A stretch of DNA of 64,000 nt from a virus. This document shows positions 10,295 to 20,839 of the stretch, one piece after another; position 1 is the first letter of the stretch, and each line of letters begins with the position of its first letter. The position numbers were made by a program, and so were the translations under genes. The DNA lies in the IMG/VR virus record IMGVR_UViG_3300045988_119718, positions 32,001 through 96,000 of that record, one strand, 5' to 3'. The notes under the pieces are model-generated. The model had not been told where the DNA came from and made no database searches. It worked only from the letters and a program-made list of their open reading frames with translations.

Positions 10295-10960
10295 TTATGC
10301 TACAAATGCAACTGGTTTTTCGTCTACTTTTTTATCTTTATCTTCAATTCCAGAGTCTTCTTTGATAATCTGTTTAAGCAGTTCAGATGGAGTAAATTTA
10401 AGAGTTACTTTACCATCATCGGATACTGATGCAGTGAGAATGAAATAATCTTTAAATTCGATATCATGATCATCACTGCTACTTACCAAAGCATCTCTGC
10501 CAAATTCTTTTAGAGTAATTACCATACCTCTAATAACAGAAAACATATTATAAGCTCCGCCAGACTGTACGTTAAAATTATAGGCATGATGCTTATTAGT
10601 ATTCATTGCATTATCAATATATTCAAAAGATTCTTCATCCACAATATCGGTAATTTTAGAATCTTTCGGAATATCATTAGGGTCAAAGCTGAACTGCAAT
10701 GCATATGCATTACCATCTTTACCTTCACTCTTCAACAAAGATGCTGAAAAGATAATAGCAGAATCTTTGTCTTTAAAATCATTTCTAAGTACAAGAGTAT
10801 GATTTTCTTTATCCCCATCCTTAAGGCTCTTAAGGTACTGAGTAATAGATTCAAACAGACTTGTTGTTACAGGGATACTATCAAAAGAATCCCATTCACA
10901 AGCCATATCACGCATTACTTTTACCATACGGGTTTCAAATCCAGAATTTTCAGCGAACAT
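10295..10960 (-). CDS. Hypothetical protein (~222 aa)
   Basis: Start moved to internal ATG (MFAENSG...) preceded by AAGGAGGAAGTAATT. The longer six-frame ORF lacks an RBS. Confidence 0.5.
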   Translation of the reverse strand: MFAENSGFETRMVKVMRDMACEWDSFDSIPVTTSLFESITQYLKSLKDGDKENHTLVLRNDFKDKDSAIIFSASLLKSEGKDGNAYALQFSFDPNDIPKDSKITDIVDEESFEYIDNAMNTNKHHAYNFNVQSGGAYNMFSVIRGMVITLKEFGRDALVSSSDDHDIEFKDYFILTASVSDDGKVTLKFTPSELLKQIIKEDSGIEDKDKKVDEKPVAFVA

Positions 10961-11079
10961 AATTACTTCCTCCTTAAAATAACTTATAAAAATGATATAA
11001 ATATAACCACGATAATAACCTTTTGTTATCATCATGATTATAATATATCATTATAATAACGTTTAAGATGTTTTAAATT

Positions 11080-13464
11080 TTAATTATTACTTAATAGCAT
11101 TGATTCGGCATCCGATATAGGGATAATACGAATATTATGCTGCATAGCCTTAGTAACTTTAGAAGATGTAAATCCAAGATATGGTACAATCAAAATATTA
11201 GTTTTATTAGTAACACCTTTTTTAGAATCACAATCATAACCTGCATTTTTAAGTTGCTCTTCTAATCTAGCATCTCTAACACCGCTAAATCTAATTTGAA
11301 TACCATTGTCTTGTTTTACTCCATAAGACCTGATTATATTTGGCATTTGCTCAATAGTATTCAAATCTACTAAAAGGTCTTTTCTTTCATCTACTATAGT
11401 ACGTGCAATCACATTACCAATACCTTTGATACATCTAATCATATTATACAGATTGCTATCAGTATCTCCTACAGGTGTTCCATGTACTATAGTTTTTAAA
11501 GGAATTTGAGTTAAAATAAGTTTCCATCTACTAGCACTAATAGAGGTAAATCCAATGGCACCAATAATCTGGTAATCATACCAATTCTTAGTTTTAATCT
11601 CATTCATTCTTTCTAATAATTTATCTGTCATTACATCACTACCAATTCTATCTAAAATATCTTTTCTAGATAAATTTAGCAGTTCAGTAAGATTGGTAAC
11701 ACCTAATTTCCTAATATAAGATTCACCAAAGTCTTTAATATTCAATTTCTTAAGCATATTAACAACTTTGTTTAAAACCCTTTCACTACAATTAGGATTA
11801 GAACACCATGCAGTATCTCCTGTATTAGAAAATACTACTGGACTTCCACAATATGGACAATATGAAGGGAATTCGATAGAAGGAACAGTTCGCTCTCTAA
11901 TTGCATTATAAGAATTCTCTGGCTTAGTTAGATAGCAAATTACATCATTCATATATGTGATATTTACAATATCACCTTTTCTTAGATCTAACTGATTAAA
12001 TCTTTTGAAACTATGAATAGTGGTTTTATCATGAATAGTACCAAAGAACTCTACTGGTGTGAAATGAGCCATAGGAGTAATTCTTCCATCTTGCCCTACC
12101 GTATAAGTATATCCTAAGAAATATGCATTTTTAGAACTAGCATTAAACTTAATAGCCATAGACCATAAGTCAATACTATTCTTTCTACCAAATATAGTCT
12201 TAAGAGCAGGATGCGTATAAGAGATTACTACACCATCATATGCAAAATTCATATAAGGTCTAGCATATTCTGCTTCATTAGTAAATCTTTGTACTTGTGA
12301 TAATATTTGATAGAAGTCACCATGCAGCATTGCATATCTCATAGTAACACCCGAAGAATAATAAGCATTCATAAAGTTAATTTCATCTGATACTTTATTG
12401 AATCGCAGACCACTGGTTTTAATAGGAACTAAAGTGATAAAATCTCTAAACATCTTAGCATTCTTAGAAGAGATAATACCAGATACTGCTACTCTAGGAT
12501 TCTTATAAGTAATCCCATATTTATCAGCTAAAATAGCTAAATCAGAATATGTAATAATAGCTTCAAATTTCATCCCAAATCTAGTGGTTTCTCTACCACC
12601 AAAGAATTTTTTATAATCTTTAGCTCTATAGAATTTCTTACCACCAAAGATTTCTGTTAAATCTGTTGCAATATTATTAGCAGTATCTCCTCTACTATTA
12701 GCAGAAATAATAGTATCATTCTCAATCTCTGCTTCTACCGACATACCATCATATTTTAATTCTGCAATCATTTCTACAGGGATATGGTCGTTAAAAGCAC
12801 ATTGCTCAGCAGTTTTAAATGTAGGTGCTAAAAAGTCTCTATCAAATACCATAACAGAGAAATCATCATCTTGTACTCCTACTGCCATAGCGTCTCTAAG
12901 AGAAACAAATTTACACTTATGAAGAGTGCCTACTAATTCTGGAAATTTAGCAGGGATATTTCTAGTAATCTTAGATACTTCAGTTGTATCAGAAGTATCT
13001 CTGTAATAATCCATTCTACTAAATGGAAGGTTATTATTCATGATATTACTAATATACTGCTTATTAGTTTTATCAATTTTAGCAATAACCACTCTATTGT
13101 TCCCAGTTACACTAACTGGATTAAAACTATTGCCACTAGCAATAGTAATCGGTTTAGTAGGAGGAGCACCTACTGGTGCTTCTCCATTAAACAAATTATT
13201 GTACTTAGCTACTACCAAATCATATACACCATCTTCTAATGGAAGTATTTCTTTAGCAGTATTATTATATAAAATATTTGAAATTACTAATGTAGTATAG
13301 ATATCTTGCTTTAATGTACCCGATACTTCATTAGCATTGATGAACTCTATAGCAAGATTATTCATATCTACTATATCATTACCATTGATAATATTACTAC
13401 CTTCAATAAGACTATCTTTGATAAGATACAATCTTTTAGATAAATCATTGTTTATAGTTTTCAT
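11080..13464 (-). CDS. ligA: NAD-dependent DNA ligase (LigA family)
   Basis: Adenylation motif ELKYDGMS (KxDG). Cys4 zinc finger CPYCGSPV...CSNPNC followed by HhH/BRCT-like C-terminus typical of LigA. Confidence 0.8.
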   Translation of the reverse strand: MKTINNDLSKRLYLIKDSLIEGSNIINGNDIVDMNNLAIEFINANEVSGTLKQDIYTTLVISNILYNNTAKEILPLEDGVYDLVVAKYNNLFNGEAPVGAPPTKPITIASGNSFNPVSVTGNNRVVIAKIDKTNKQYISNIMNNNLPFSRMDYYRDTSDTTEVSKITRNIPAKFPELVGTLHKCKFVSLRDAMAVGVQDDDFSVMVFDRDFLAPTFKTAEQCAFNDHIPVEMIAELKYDGMSVEAEIENDTIISANSRGDTANNIATDLTEIFGGKKFYRAKDYKKFFGGRETTRFGMKFEAIITYSDLAILADKYGITYKNPRVAVSGIISSKNAKMFRDFITLVPIKTSGLRFNKVSDEINFMNAYYSSGVTMRYAMLHGDFYQILSQVQRFTNEAEYARPYMNFAYDGVVISYTHPALKTIFGRKNSIDLWSMAIKFNASSKNAYFLGYTYTVGQDGRITPMAHFTPVEFFGTIHDKTTIHSFKRFNQLDLRKGDIVNITYMNDVICYLTKPENSYNAIRERTVPSIEFPSYCPYCGSPVVFSNTGDTAWCSNPNCSERVLNKVVNMLKKLNIKDFGESYIRKLGVTNLTELLNLSRKDILDRIGSDVMTDKLLERMNEIKTKNWYDYQIIGAIGFTSISASRWKLILTQIPLKTIVHGTPVGDTDSNLYNMIRCIKGIGNVIARTIVDERKDLLVDLNTIEQMPNIIRSYGVKQDNGIQIRFSGVRDARLEEQLKNAGYDCDSKKGVTNKTNILIVPYLGFTSSKVTKAMQHNIRIIPISDAESMLLSNN

Positions 13465-15870
13465 TTACTTTTTCTCCGTTACACTTTTAATTACTTTTCT
13501 AAGTATTGGAATACGTCTCTTTTCAAACGTCTTTACTAACTTTACGTTTTCAATGAGTTGTTCATCTGTATTTGAAATCTTAAGAAGAGAATTAATAGCA
13601 TTATTAATTTTTTCTTCTTTGGATACTTCAGAATTTCCTAATACTTTAATATCAGTACTATTATCATACATATCCACCAGCATAGCTCTAGCTTTATTAT
13701 AGCCTTCACCAGTAACTTTAACAGGTAATTTAGTAATGACCTGTCTGTATGAATCTGGTTTAACTCTAGAGATAGCTCTTCTTAAAATTGGGACTCTAAG
13801 TTTCTTAGGAACTTTCTTGAATTCCAATTTAAGACCTAAGCACTTTAAATATGCATTAGCTATTTCTACATTTCTAGATTTAGCATTTTCATCCAATACA
13901 ATATTTCTATCGAATGGATCACCAATCAATAACTGCTTCATCATTCGTCTAGCTGTTGGAGCAGTAGACAACATCATGAGAGCTTCTACAGTGAACTGGC
14001 ATTCTGGTAACTGCATTAACTCAGATGCTTCCATACCACCAATTCTAACTGGAGTTTTAGCTATTGGAGAAATATGCATTTTATTAGCTTTAGTCTTAGT
14101 ATTCTCACCTCTAATATTGGTAGATGCCAATGATACAGCAGAGAACTTTTCTTCAGCTAATTGTTTTAGACGGTAGATATATTTCTTACCAACTACTAAT
14201 GGTCTATTAGTTCTAATCTTTCTAATATTACCGTTAGAATCTTTCTGATTGACGTACAGATACTCTTCTTTAATCCATGGGAATGTATTATAGATATTCT
14301 TAAGAATCTCTAATGTCATCTCATTTTTCATTGGAGTAATTACTACAGGAATATTTCCACTTTCTATGAGATAATCCATATCTTCAACTCTTACTTCAAT
14401 AGGAGTAGACATAATGATTCTATGAAAATCTGTAGCATAATCCATATTAATCAAAGAGAGATATTTAAGTACAGTTTGCTCAGCGACATCGACAACAGTC
14501 GATCTATTAAGATAAGACATGCCCTCCATCAAATCATCATGCTTAGCAGGATACCAATACGTACCAATAGCTTCAAGAAGTTTAGAGCCAATCCAAGTCA
14601 GTTCAGTTTCAAATGACTGACCTGGATTAAGTCTGTTGATAATGGTAGAAGAGTTATAAATTGCATCTACTGGATACCAATTACCATTTCTATAAAATAA
14701 TGGCATTTGATCATCTGGTAAGATAGCGGAAATAACACCTTTACCACCATATCTATCTGTAATCTTATCACCTTTACGCAGTACTTTATTCTCTCTAGTG
14801 ATAATTCTCAGAATGATATTATTGAATACTTTGTCTTTGATATATGGAATACCATTAGCTGTATCTCTGCACTTACGATATACAGATTGCATATCATAAG
14901 TCATTTTAACCCCAGGATGACTATCTAAGAATTTATCAACTGCTTTATAGAGCTTAATACAGAAATCAATATTCTTATCATAATACTCTTTAAGCTGCTG
15001 ATAATACATATCTTCTAGTTTATCTGGGTTATTGCAATATACATCAATATCAACAATTTCCCCATCGGAAATATATGTAGTATCAGAAATCATTAGCTGT
15101 TTAAGTCTTTCTTTAGACTGACTATAAAGAGCTTCATCATCTTTTCTTTCTCTTCTAATAGCACATACAATAGAATCTTTAATCTTCTCTCCGATATTTG
15201 GGAAAGCTTTGTAATAGGTATCATCTCCATACATATTCAATGGGATATCGTTTTCATTAATTACGATTTCAATCTCGTTAAACAATGGGGATTTAAACCT
15301 ATTAGCTGCACTCTGACTAATTACAATAGGGTCTTCTGTAGTCAACCCTAATGCCATATAAACAGTAGTAAGATTAATACCATCAGTCTTATTATCTTCT
15401 TCATCAAATGAATCAGATTTAACCAATGTAGTTCCTTTAGGAATTGTATCTCCTTTATTGAAACTATCTAATCCATCATTGTTTATATTAATACCATAAA
15501 TCTCTGTACGATATTCATAAGTAACTCTTTCTACACAATGAAGCATCTTATGTTCAATATCGTACAATAATGCATAATACTTATTCGCATACTTATAAAT
15601 CTTATCAATCAGTTTATACTGAGCATCTGTTTTAACGTAGTTAGAAGACAAATATGCAAATTTATTTTCATAACCAGTCATAATAATCGGTGTTTCAGCT
15701 TTACATAATTGAATGGATTGTTCTTTCTGAATTCCTTGCATAATCTTTCTGGAACCAGAATTAGTATCATTAAACGGTTGTAATAAGCCTTTACCTAGCG
15801 TATACTCACGCGATGGTAAATTCTTTTCAATTTCATTAGCAGTACTATTTAAATCCAAATTATTTGCCAT
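13465..15870 (-). CDS. Multisubunit RNA polymerase beta subunit, C-terminal half (split rpoB-like, jumbo-phage type)
   Basis: DRYGGKGVISAILPDDQMP...VDAIYN...RLNPGQSFETEL matches rpoB GRHGNKGVISKI.P.EDMP...VDIVLNP...RMNIGQILETHL. N-terminal FNDTNSGSRKIMQGIQKEQSIQL...ETPIIMTGYE matches the rpoB NMQRQAVPL region. GGMEASELMQL matches GEMEVWALEAYG. Confidence 0.8.
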   Translation of the reverse strand: MANNLDLNSTANEIEKNLPSREYTLGKGLLQPFNDTNSGSRKIMQGIQKEQSIQLCKAETPIIMTGYENKFAYLSSNYVKTDAQYKLIDKIYKYANKYYALLYDIEHKMLHCVERVTYEYRTEIYGININNDGLDSFNKGDTIPKGTTLVKSDSFDEEDNKTDGINLTTVYMALGLTTEDPIVISQSAANRFKSPLFNEIEIVINENDIPLNMYGDDTYYKAFPNIGEKIKDSIVCAIRRERKDDEALYSQSKERLKQLMISDTTYISDGEIVDIDVYCNNPDKLEDMYYQQLKEYYDKNIDFCIKLYKAVDKFLDSHPGVKMTYDMQSVYRKCRDTANGIPYIKDKVFNNIILRIITRENKVLRKGDKITDRYGGKGVISAILPDDQMPLFYRNGNWYPVDAIYNSSTIINRLNPGQSFETELTWIGSKLLEAIGTYWYPAKHDDLMEGMSYLNRSTVVDVAEQTVLKYLSLINMDYATDFHRIIMSTPIEVRVEDMDYLIESGNIPVVITPMKNEMTLEILKNIYNTFPWIKEEYLYVNQKDSNGNIRKIRTNRPLVVGKKYIYRLKQLAEEKFSAVSLASTNIRGENTKTKANKMHISPIAKTPVRIGGMEASELMQLPECQFTVEALMMLSTAPTARRMMKQLLIGDPFDRNIVLDENAKSRNVEIANAYLKCLGLKLEFKKVPKKLRVPILRRAISRVKPDSYRQVITKLPVKVTGEGYNKARAMLVDMYDNSTDIKVLGNSEVSKEEKINNAINSLLKISNTDEQLIENVKLVKTFEKRRIPILRKVIKSVTEKK

Positions 15871-15934
15871 GTTTCTTCTCCTTTTCTAATAATAAAATCT
15901 ATTAAAGTAACTTCAATACTATAATATATATTTA

Positions 15935-17167
15935 TTATACGTTTAAGAGATTCATTACTTTTTCATTGATTTTATTATTAGCGATTGTAGTTGGATTTAC
16001 ATTTGCTTCTGGAATCTTTTTAAGCTCTTCAATATATGCTGCGGTAAAAGTATTAAAGAACTCTTCATTATTCTGCATTTTTTCTTTAAAGTTACCCATA
16101 GAGAATTTCATATCTTTATGGTCATCTAAGTACAAACCAATACCTGCACCATGGATTCTATCAGTATTCTGCATAAAGATAAGAGATGACAGGATAGGGT
16201 CAAACCCAGTATCATGGTTGAAAAGTAATGTAGTTTTCTGATTGGATCTAGCAGATCTACTCTTTACCAAAGTAGCTTCTACTAATGAACCCCATACCTT
16301 ATACTTCTCATCACCTTTAAGTTTAGTTACATCATCAAGTCTAATAATAGTATTAGCAAGATAGATAATAGTTTTACCCTTAGGTAAAGTTTCACCTACT
16401 TTAAGATATGCAAGAGATGGTTTCTTTGGTCTGCCAGTAATAGATACATCATCCAAAATATGATTAACTGCAATAAGAATAATATTAGCAGCTTTAAGCA
16501 TCTGGATAATACCTCTAAATACCTGAGTGACTACTTTAGCTCCTGCTGTAGTAGACATTGTACCACCAAGTTCATCCTGCTCTAATACATTCTTAGGCAT
16601 AAGAAGTGCAACGGAGTCAAGAATATATACGGTAGGTTCAAACATCATAATCGGATTGCCAAAGCTATCCAGCTTTCCAGTATCATAGATAAAATCATCT
16701 CTATTAGCAAGCTTCATATCATGAATCATTTTAATACGTTCATAGAAGTTTTCAGCTGTAATGCCTTTATCTCTAATGATGTATCTCTGCTTAAGTTCAT
16801 CACCATAATAGCCAGTAAGCATTTCTCTTCTTTGCCATGTAGCAGATAATGATTCGGTAGAATCTTCAAAGATACAAGATGATTTAAATGGTCTAATAAT
16901 ATTAGCAGCAATCTGTTCACAGAAAGTAGATTTACCACAACCAGATCTACCAATCACCATTACAAATGAACCGTTAGCAATACCAAGAGAATAGTATTCT
17001 TCATGAAGATTTTTAGCTTCATTATTGACAGTTTGAATATATCCATTCATAAAGTCAAAATTAGCAAACCCTGTAGGATAACCTACATCGGTAGTAGCTT
17101 CTACACTCATAGACATATCTTTACTTTTGGATACTTCCTGTCTAAACATATCGGACAATAAAGTCAT
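15935..17167 (-). CDS. uvsX: UvsX/RecA-family recombinase
   Basis: Walker A GRSGCGKST, ILDSVALL and IAVNHI motifs. Overall similarity to T4 UvsX layout. Start placed at MTLLSDMF with GGGGGT RBS. Confidence 0.75.
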   Translation of the reverse strand: MTLLSDMFRQEVSKSKDMSMSVEATTDVGYPTGFANFDFMNGYIQTVNNEAKNLHEEYYSLGIANGSFVMVIGRSGCGKSTFCEQIAANIIRPFKSSCIFEDSTESLSATWQRREMLTGYYGDELKQRYIIRDKGITAENFYERIKMIHDMKLANRDDFIYDTGKLDSFGNPIMMFEPTVYILDSVALLMPKNVLEQDELGGTMSTTAGAKVVTQVFRGIIQMLKAANIILIAVNHILDDVSITGRPKKPSLAYLKVGETLPKGKTIIYLANTIIRLDDVTKLKGDEKYKVWGSLVEATLVKSRSARSNQKTTLLFNHDTGFDPILSSLIFMQNTDRIHGAGIGLYLDDHKDMKFSMGNFKEKMQNNEEFFNTFTAAYIEELKKIPEANVNPTTIANNKINEKVMNLLNV

Positions 17168-17237
17168 TTTATTTACCCCCTGTAAAAAATAAAAATGTAT
17201 TCCCATTACTATTAAAGTTAATGCGTATATCTAAATT

Positions 17238-17276
17238 AAAAAAAAATAAACTGAGTGTGCTACCACACTCAGTTTA
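17238..17276 (-). terminator. Rho-independent terminator (12-bp perfect stem + T9 on minus strand)
   Basis: aaactgagtgtgctaccacactcagttt followed by an A9 run on the plus strand, which is a T-run on the minus strand. Confidence 0.75.
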
Positions 17277-17287
17277 AATTAAATCCA

Positions 17288-18112
17288 TTAAGGAATCATT
17301 GTACCTTCTGAAGCGAATGCATTTAATACATTATGGATATTCTGATACTTTGCATCACAATTTGTAAATCCAAATCTAATAAGATCTGAGTTATAAGACC
17401 GATTTACATATTCATTATAGAATGATTGTAAGCAAGATTTAGCAGACGCAAACTCTAATGAATTTAGAATAATCATTAAAGCGGTATCCATATTCTTATC
17501 ATTTTCTTTAAGTGTATCCGTAACCCATTTTTCTTCTTTTTCAATAGCATCTTTAATTGTAGTATCAAACATACTGTTTACAAACAATACAGAGAAGTTT
17601 TTACTAAAGAAGATAGCATAGATTCTAATAATATTCTCTACAGATACAGTTTTAGTATAAGTAGCAATAGTGAAATTAAACTTTCTAATTCTATCTTTAT
17701 CGTTTAAAGATGAATATAAAGTAATAGCTAAGAAGATACACATTTCACTATCAAATGCTTCTAAAGATTCTAATTGTTTTACCACTTGTTTGTTAGCAGA
17801 TTCCCCTAACATGAAGGCAAGCTTTCTAACATAATCAGTGGTTTTAGTATTTACAATGATATAGTACAAAATAGAATCCAAATAAGTTTTATAAACTGGA
17901 TCAATAGAAATAGTACCATTAAATACTTGATTCAAAATACTTAAAAGATAACTATTTGTAATTAGATTATGGTATTTAGATTTCTTACTATAAAGAGCAT
18001 AAAGAATGGCTTTGTAGTTAGTATTCACATAATCATACATTTCATAATCATCATGAGTAGCAATTTTAGCATATAAAGCACTCATAATAGATTCTTCAGA
18101 ATTCATTTCCAT
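17288..18112 (-). CDS. Hypothetical protein (274 aa) immediately downstream of tubulin gene
   Basis: ORF 12 nt after the PhuZ/TubZ stop. Possible filament partner or modulator. No motif. Confidence 0.5.
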   Translation of the reverse strand: MEMNSEESIMSALYAKIATHDDYEMYDYVNTNYKAILYALYSKKSKYHNLITNSYLLSILNQVFNGTISIDPVYKTYLDSILYYIIVNTKTTDYVRKLAFMLGESANKQVVKQLESLEAFDSEMCIFLAITLYSSLNDKDRIRKFNFTIATYTKTVSVENIIRIYAIFFSKNFSVLFVNSMFDTTIKDAIEKEEKWVTDTLKENDKNMDTALMIILNSLEFASAKSCLQSFYNEYVNRSYNSDLIRFGFTNCDAKYQNIHNVLNAFASEGTMIP

Positions 18113-18123
18113 TGTATCACTCC

Positions 18124-19305
18124 TTAAAACTCTGAGCTAGGAACTACAATCTTTTTTACTTTCTTAAATGTACCATTTTCAGATTCTACTACAGTAGGAT
18201 TAGCACCAAGAGAATTAAAGAAATCTTCTTTAGCAGAATTAATATTCTTTTCTTTTTCTGATTTAGTAAGAGTATCAAATTCATTAGCTTCAGTAGAGAA
18301 GTTCTTACTAAAGAATTCATCCTTAGATACATCTACAGATGCTCTAGTATTAATGAAATCATTATAAACTTCTTCAATATCTTCTACCGGCATCTTAAGC
18401 CCAGAGATAATAAACTGAATGGTATTATCTTCATGAACATTCTGGATGTGAGAGAAGCTTTCATACGGCACACCATATCTATCTTTCAGTACTTTATTAG
18501 AATAATCTACAAAGTAGGATTCTTTATCACTGATATCCAAGATAGTACCAAAGCGTTTGCATGTAGGTTCGGTGGTAAGAGACTTAGAATCATCTGTAGC
18601 AGAAATAAGTCTCTTATTATAGTCATCTACATTTTTAATCTTATTCAGATTAGCAGATTCAATGACCATAAACCCTGGGGTATTAACAAGTTTAAGCAAG
18701 TCAGATTCATCAATATTCTGCTTAGACTCAGTAATAGTACCGCCTAAAAGAATTTTAATATTTTCACAGAATTTCTTATTTGCTAATTCTTCTGCTTTAA
18801 GTCTATTACCATAAGCTTCATCCAAGAATTTCTTATTAGAAATAGCTTCTACAGTATAAGACGGATCAAGTTCTTTAAACAGGTCTACTGTATTCTTCAA
18901 TCCTCTTACATCATCTTCAAATCCTGTAAAGATACAGAAATGAATATGAGTTTTATACACAGAAGAAATATATTTAGCAAGCATAATGCATGCACCAGAG
19001 CCAGTACCGCCTTCAGCACTGGTAACAATAATAGTCATAGCATCTTTATCATCGTATGGATAATCAAATTTATTTGTTTTAAGATTTTCCATCATGATAT
19101 TATTAGCTACAGAACGTTCTTTGGCACAGCCTTTATAAAGACCTTCCAGTTCTACTGCATGTTCACGATATTCCATAGGGATATCTTTCAATGTAGTATT
19201 TACAAGCATAATACTATTCTGCAATTCAGGGATTTCGTTCATAAGTTCAATAGCTGCCTTGTTACCAGCAGCACCAATTCCGATAATTTTTGCATTGAGC
19301 ATCAT
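18124..19305 (-). CDS. phuZ: Tubulin/FtsZ-family GTPase, phage PhuZ/TubZ-like
   Basis: N-terminal GIGAAGNKAA (G-box) and tubulin signature SAEGGTGSGA. RBS AAAGGAGAAAATTATT before ATG. Confidence 0.8.
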   Translation of the reverse strand: MMLNAKIIGIGAAGNKAAIELMNEIPELQNSIMLVNTTLKDIPMEYREHAVELEGLYKGCAKERSVANNIMMENLKTNKFDYPYDDKDAMTIIVTSAEGGTGSGACIMLAKYISSVYKTHIHFCIFTGFEDDVRGLKNTVDLFKELDPSYTVEAISNKKFLDEAYGNRLKAEELANKKFCENIKILLGGTITESKQNIDESDLLKLVNTPGFMVIESANLNKIKNVDDYNKRLISATDDSKSLTTEPTCKRFGTILDISDKESYFVDYSNKVLKDRYGVPYESFSHIQNVHEDNTIQFIISGLKMPVEDIEEVYNDFINTRASVDVSKDEFFSKNFSTEANEFDTLTKSEKEKNINSAKEDFFNSLGANPTVVESENGTFKKVKKIVVPSSEF

Positions 19306-19355
19306 AATAATTTTCTCCTTTACTAATAAAATTTTATAATTACATTAAGGTTATA

Positions 19356-19937
19356 TTAGTCTTTAACTTTAATCCTAATAGTGTATTTATTGATAAATTC
19401 AATGAATGCGTTTCTCACAAAATCATCTTCATAAACTCCATTAGGATCTTTAAGCTTGTATAATTCAATAAATGCTCTACTATATACAGGTCCTCTATCA
19501 TTAAAAATTTCTACTATTTTATGAATAAATTTCTTATCACACTTACTAATAGCATATTTATCATAATAGTGATCTTTTTCATAAAACTTTCGTACATCAT
19601 AATTTGTCTCATAATAATCTAATACATCGTATGAAGAAATATAAAGCGAATCATCATTTTCACTACGTTTACAGAAATCGCAAACAAATAATGAACGGTC
19701 AAATTCTGCTAAATAACAACCATAAACTATATACATGATTATGAATAGCTTCTCGGTACACAAATAATATGAGTTATTATATTTATTACCAAAACGCTTG
19801 TACTTTTTATAGTTATAATGGCAAATTTCTTTAGCTATACTAATAGCATCATAATATTTCCATGCCATAGTTATTGGTACTCCGTCTACTTTATACCTCA
19901 AGTACCAATCTAAAGTTACTACTTTAGTCTTTCCCAT
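19356..19937 (-). CDS. Hypothetical Cys-rich protein (193 aa)
   Basis: ORF with RBS AAAGGAGC and several Cys pairs. Confidence 0.45.
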   Translation of the reverse strand: MGKTKVVTLDWYLRYKVDGVPITMAWKYYDAISIAKEICHYNYKKYKRFGNKYNNSYYLCTEKLFIIMYIVYGCYLAEFDRSLFVCDFCKRSENDDSLYISSYDVLDYYETNYDVRKFYEKDHYYDKYAISKCDKKFIHKIVEIFNDRGPVYSRAFIELYKLKDPNGVYEDDFVRNAFIEFINKYTIRIKVKD

Positions 19938-19953
19938 AATAATGCTCCTTTGT

Positions 19954-20721
19954 TTACAATGCTTGAATAGATTTATTCATAACACTAGAGATCTTGTATG
20001 CCCAATTAGGATCTGTAGCGTAATTACCATTCTTCATAGATTGCAATGTAGTATAACCATTCTTGTAGAAGTTATTACTAATCCATACGGCTCCGTTAAT
20101 AATACCCGCATCAATATCATTGCCCATTACATAACCAGCATTGGGGTTAGCATCAACACAATTAATACCAAAATAATTATGTCGGTTTCTTGCCATATAG
20201 CTTGTTCCCCAGCCAGATTCAATAGCTGCATGTGCTAAAATATAAATAGGATTTAGCCCAGATGCTTTAGATGCTTTGATAAACGCATCTCCTTTATTCT
20301 TAAACTGAGATTGAATACCCATATGCATAATCCAATAATCAATAATCTTATTCATATCTTTAGATGTGATTTTCATATTGCTATTTGATAAATCAGAGTT
20401 TACGTCATATCCAGTACTCTTAATATATGAAATATTGGTAGCATGCTCCTCCAATGTCTTTTTCATAGTTTCATCTTGTTGTTTTTGTCTTTCTTCAATA
20501 CGCTGCTGTTGCTTTTGAATTTCTACTAAAATATTATATACTTTTTGATTAGCAGTATTATCTTCAGACAACTGATCTTCAATATTAGTTACTCTAGTAT
20601 CAATAATAGATACTTTACCCCAAAGTAAAAAGTTAATGATAATAAAAGCTACAACTAAAAATACTGTAATTAACCGTTCCAGAATAAGTTTCTTCTTGGA
20701 TACATTTGTTAAGTTTTGCAT
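19954..20721 (-). CDS. Membrane-anchored peptidoglycan hydrolase (mannosyl-glycoprotein endo-beta-N-acetylglucosaminidase domain), candidate endolysin
   Basis: C-terminal LAHAAIESGWG...HNYFGI...NYATDPNWA matches glucosaminidase family motifs. N-terminal TM helix (LITVFLVVAFIIINFLLWG) and coiled coil. Start set at MQNL with RBS AAGGAGAG. Confidence 0.7.
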   Translation of the reverse strand: MQNLTNVSKKKLILERLITVFLVVAFIIINFLLWGKVSIIDTRVTNIEDQLSEDNTANQKVYNILVEIQKQQQRIEERQKQQDETMKKTLEEHATNISYIKSTGYDVNSDLSNSNMKITSKDMNKIIDYWIMHMGIQSQFKNKGDAFIKASKASGLNPIYILAHAAIESGWGTSYMARNRHNYFGINCVDANPNAGYVMGNDIDAGIINGAVWISNNFYKNGYTTLQSMKNGNYATDPNWAYKISSVMNKSIQAL

Positions 20722-20839
20722 AACTATTCTCTCCTTAAAGATAATAAATATTAAAGTAAATAAACTATATACGATAAAAAGAACTAGAGAGCAATCTCTA
20801 GTTCTTGTAAATAGGGAATTATAAATCTCTTGTTGGAGA

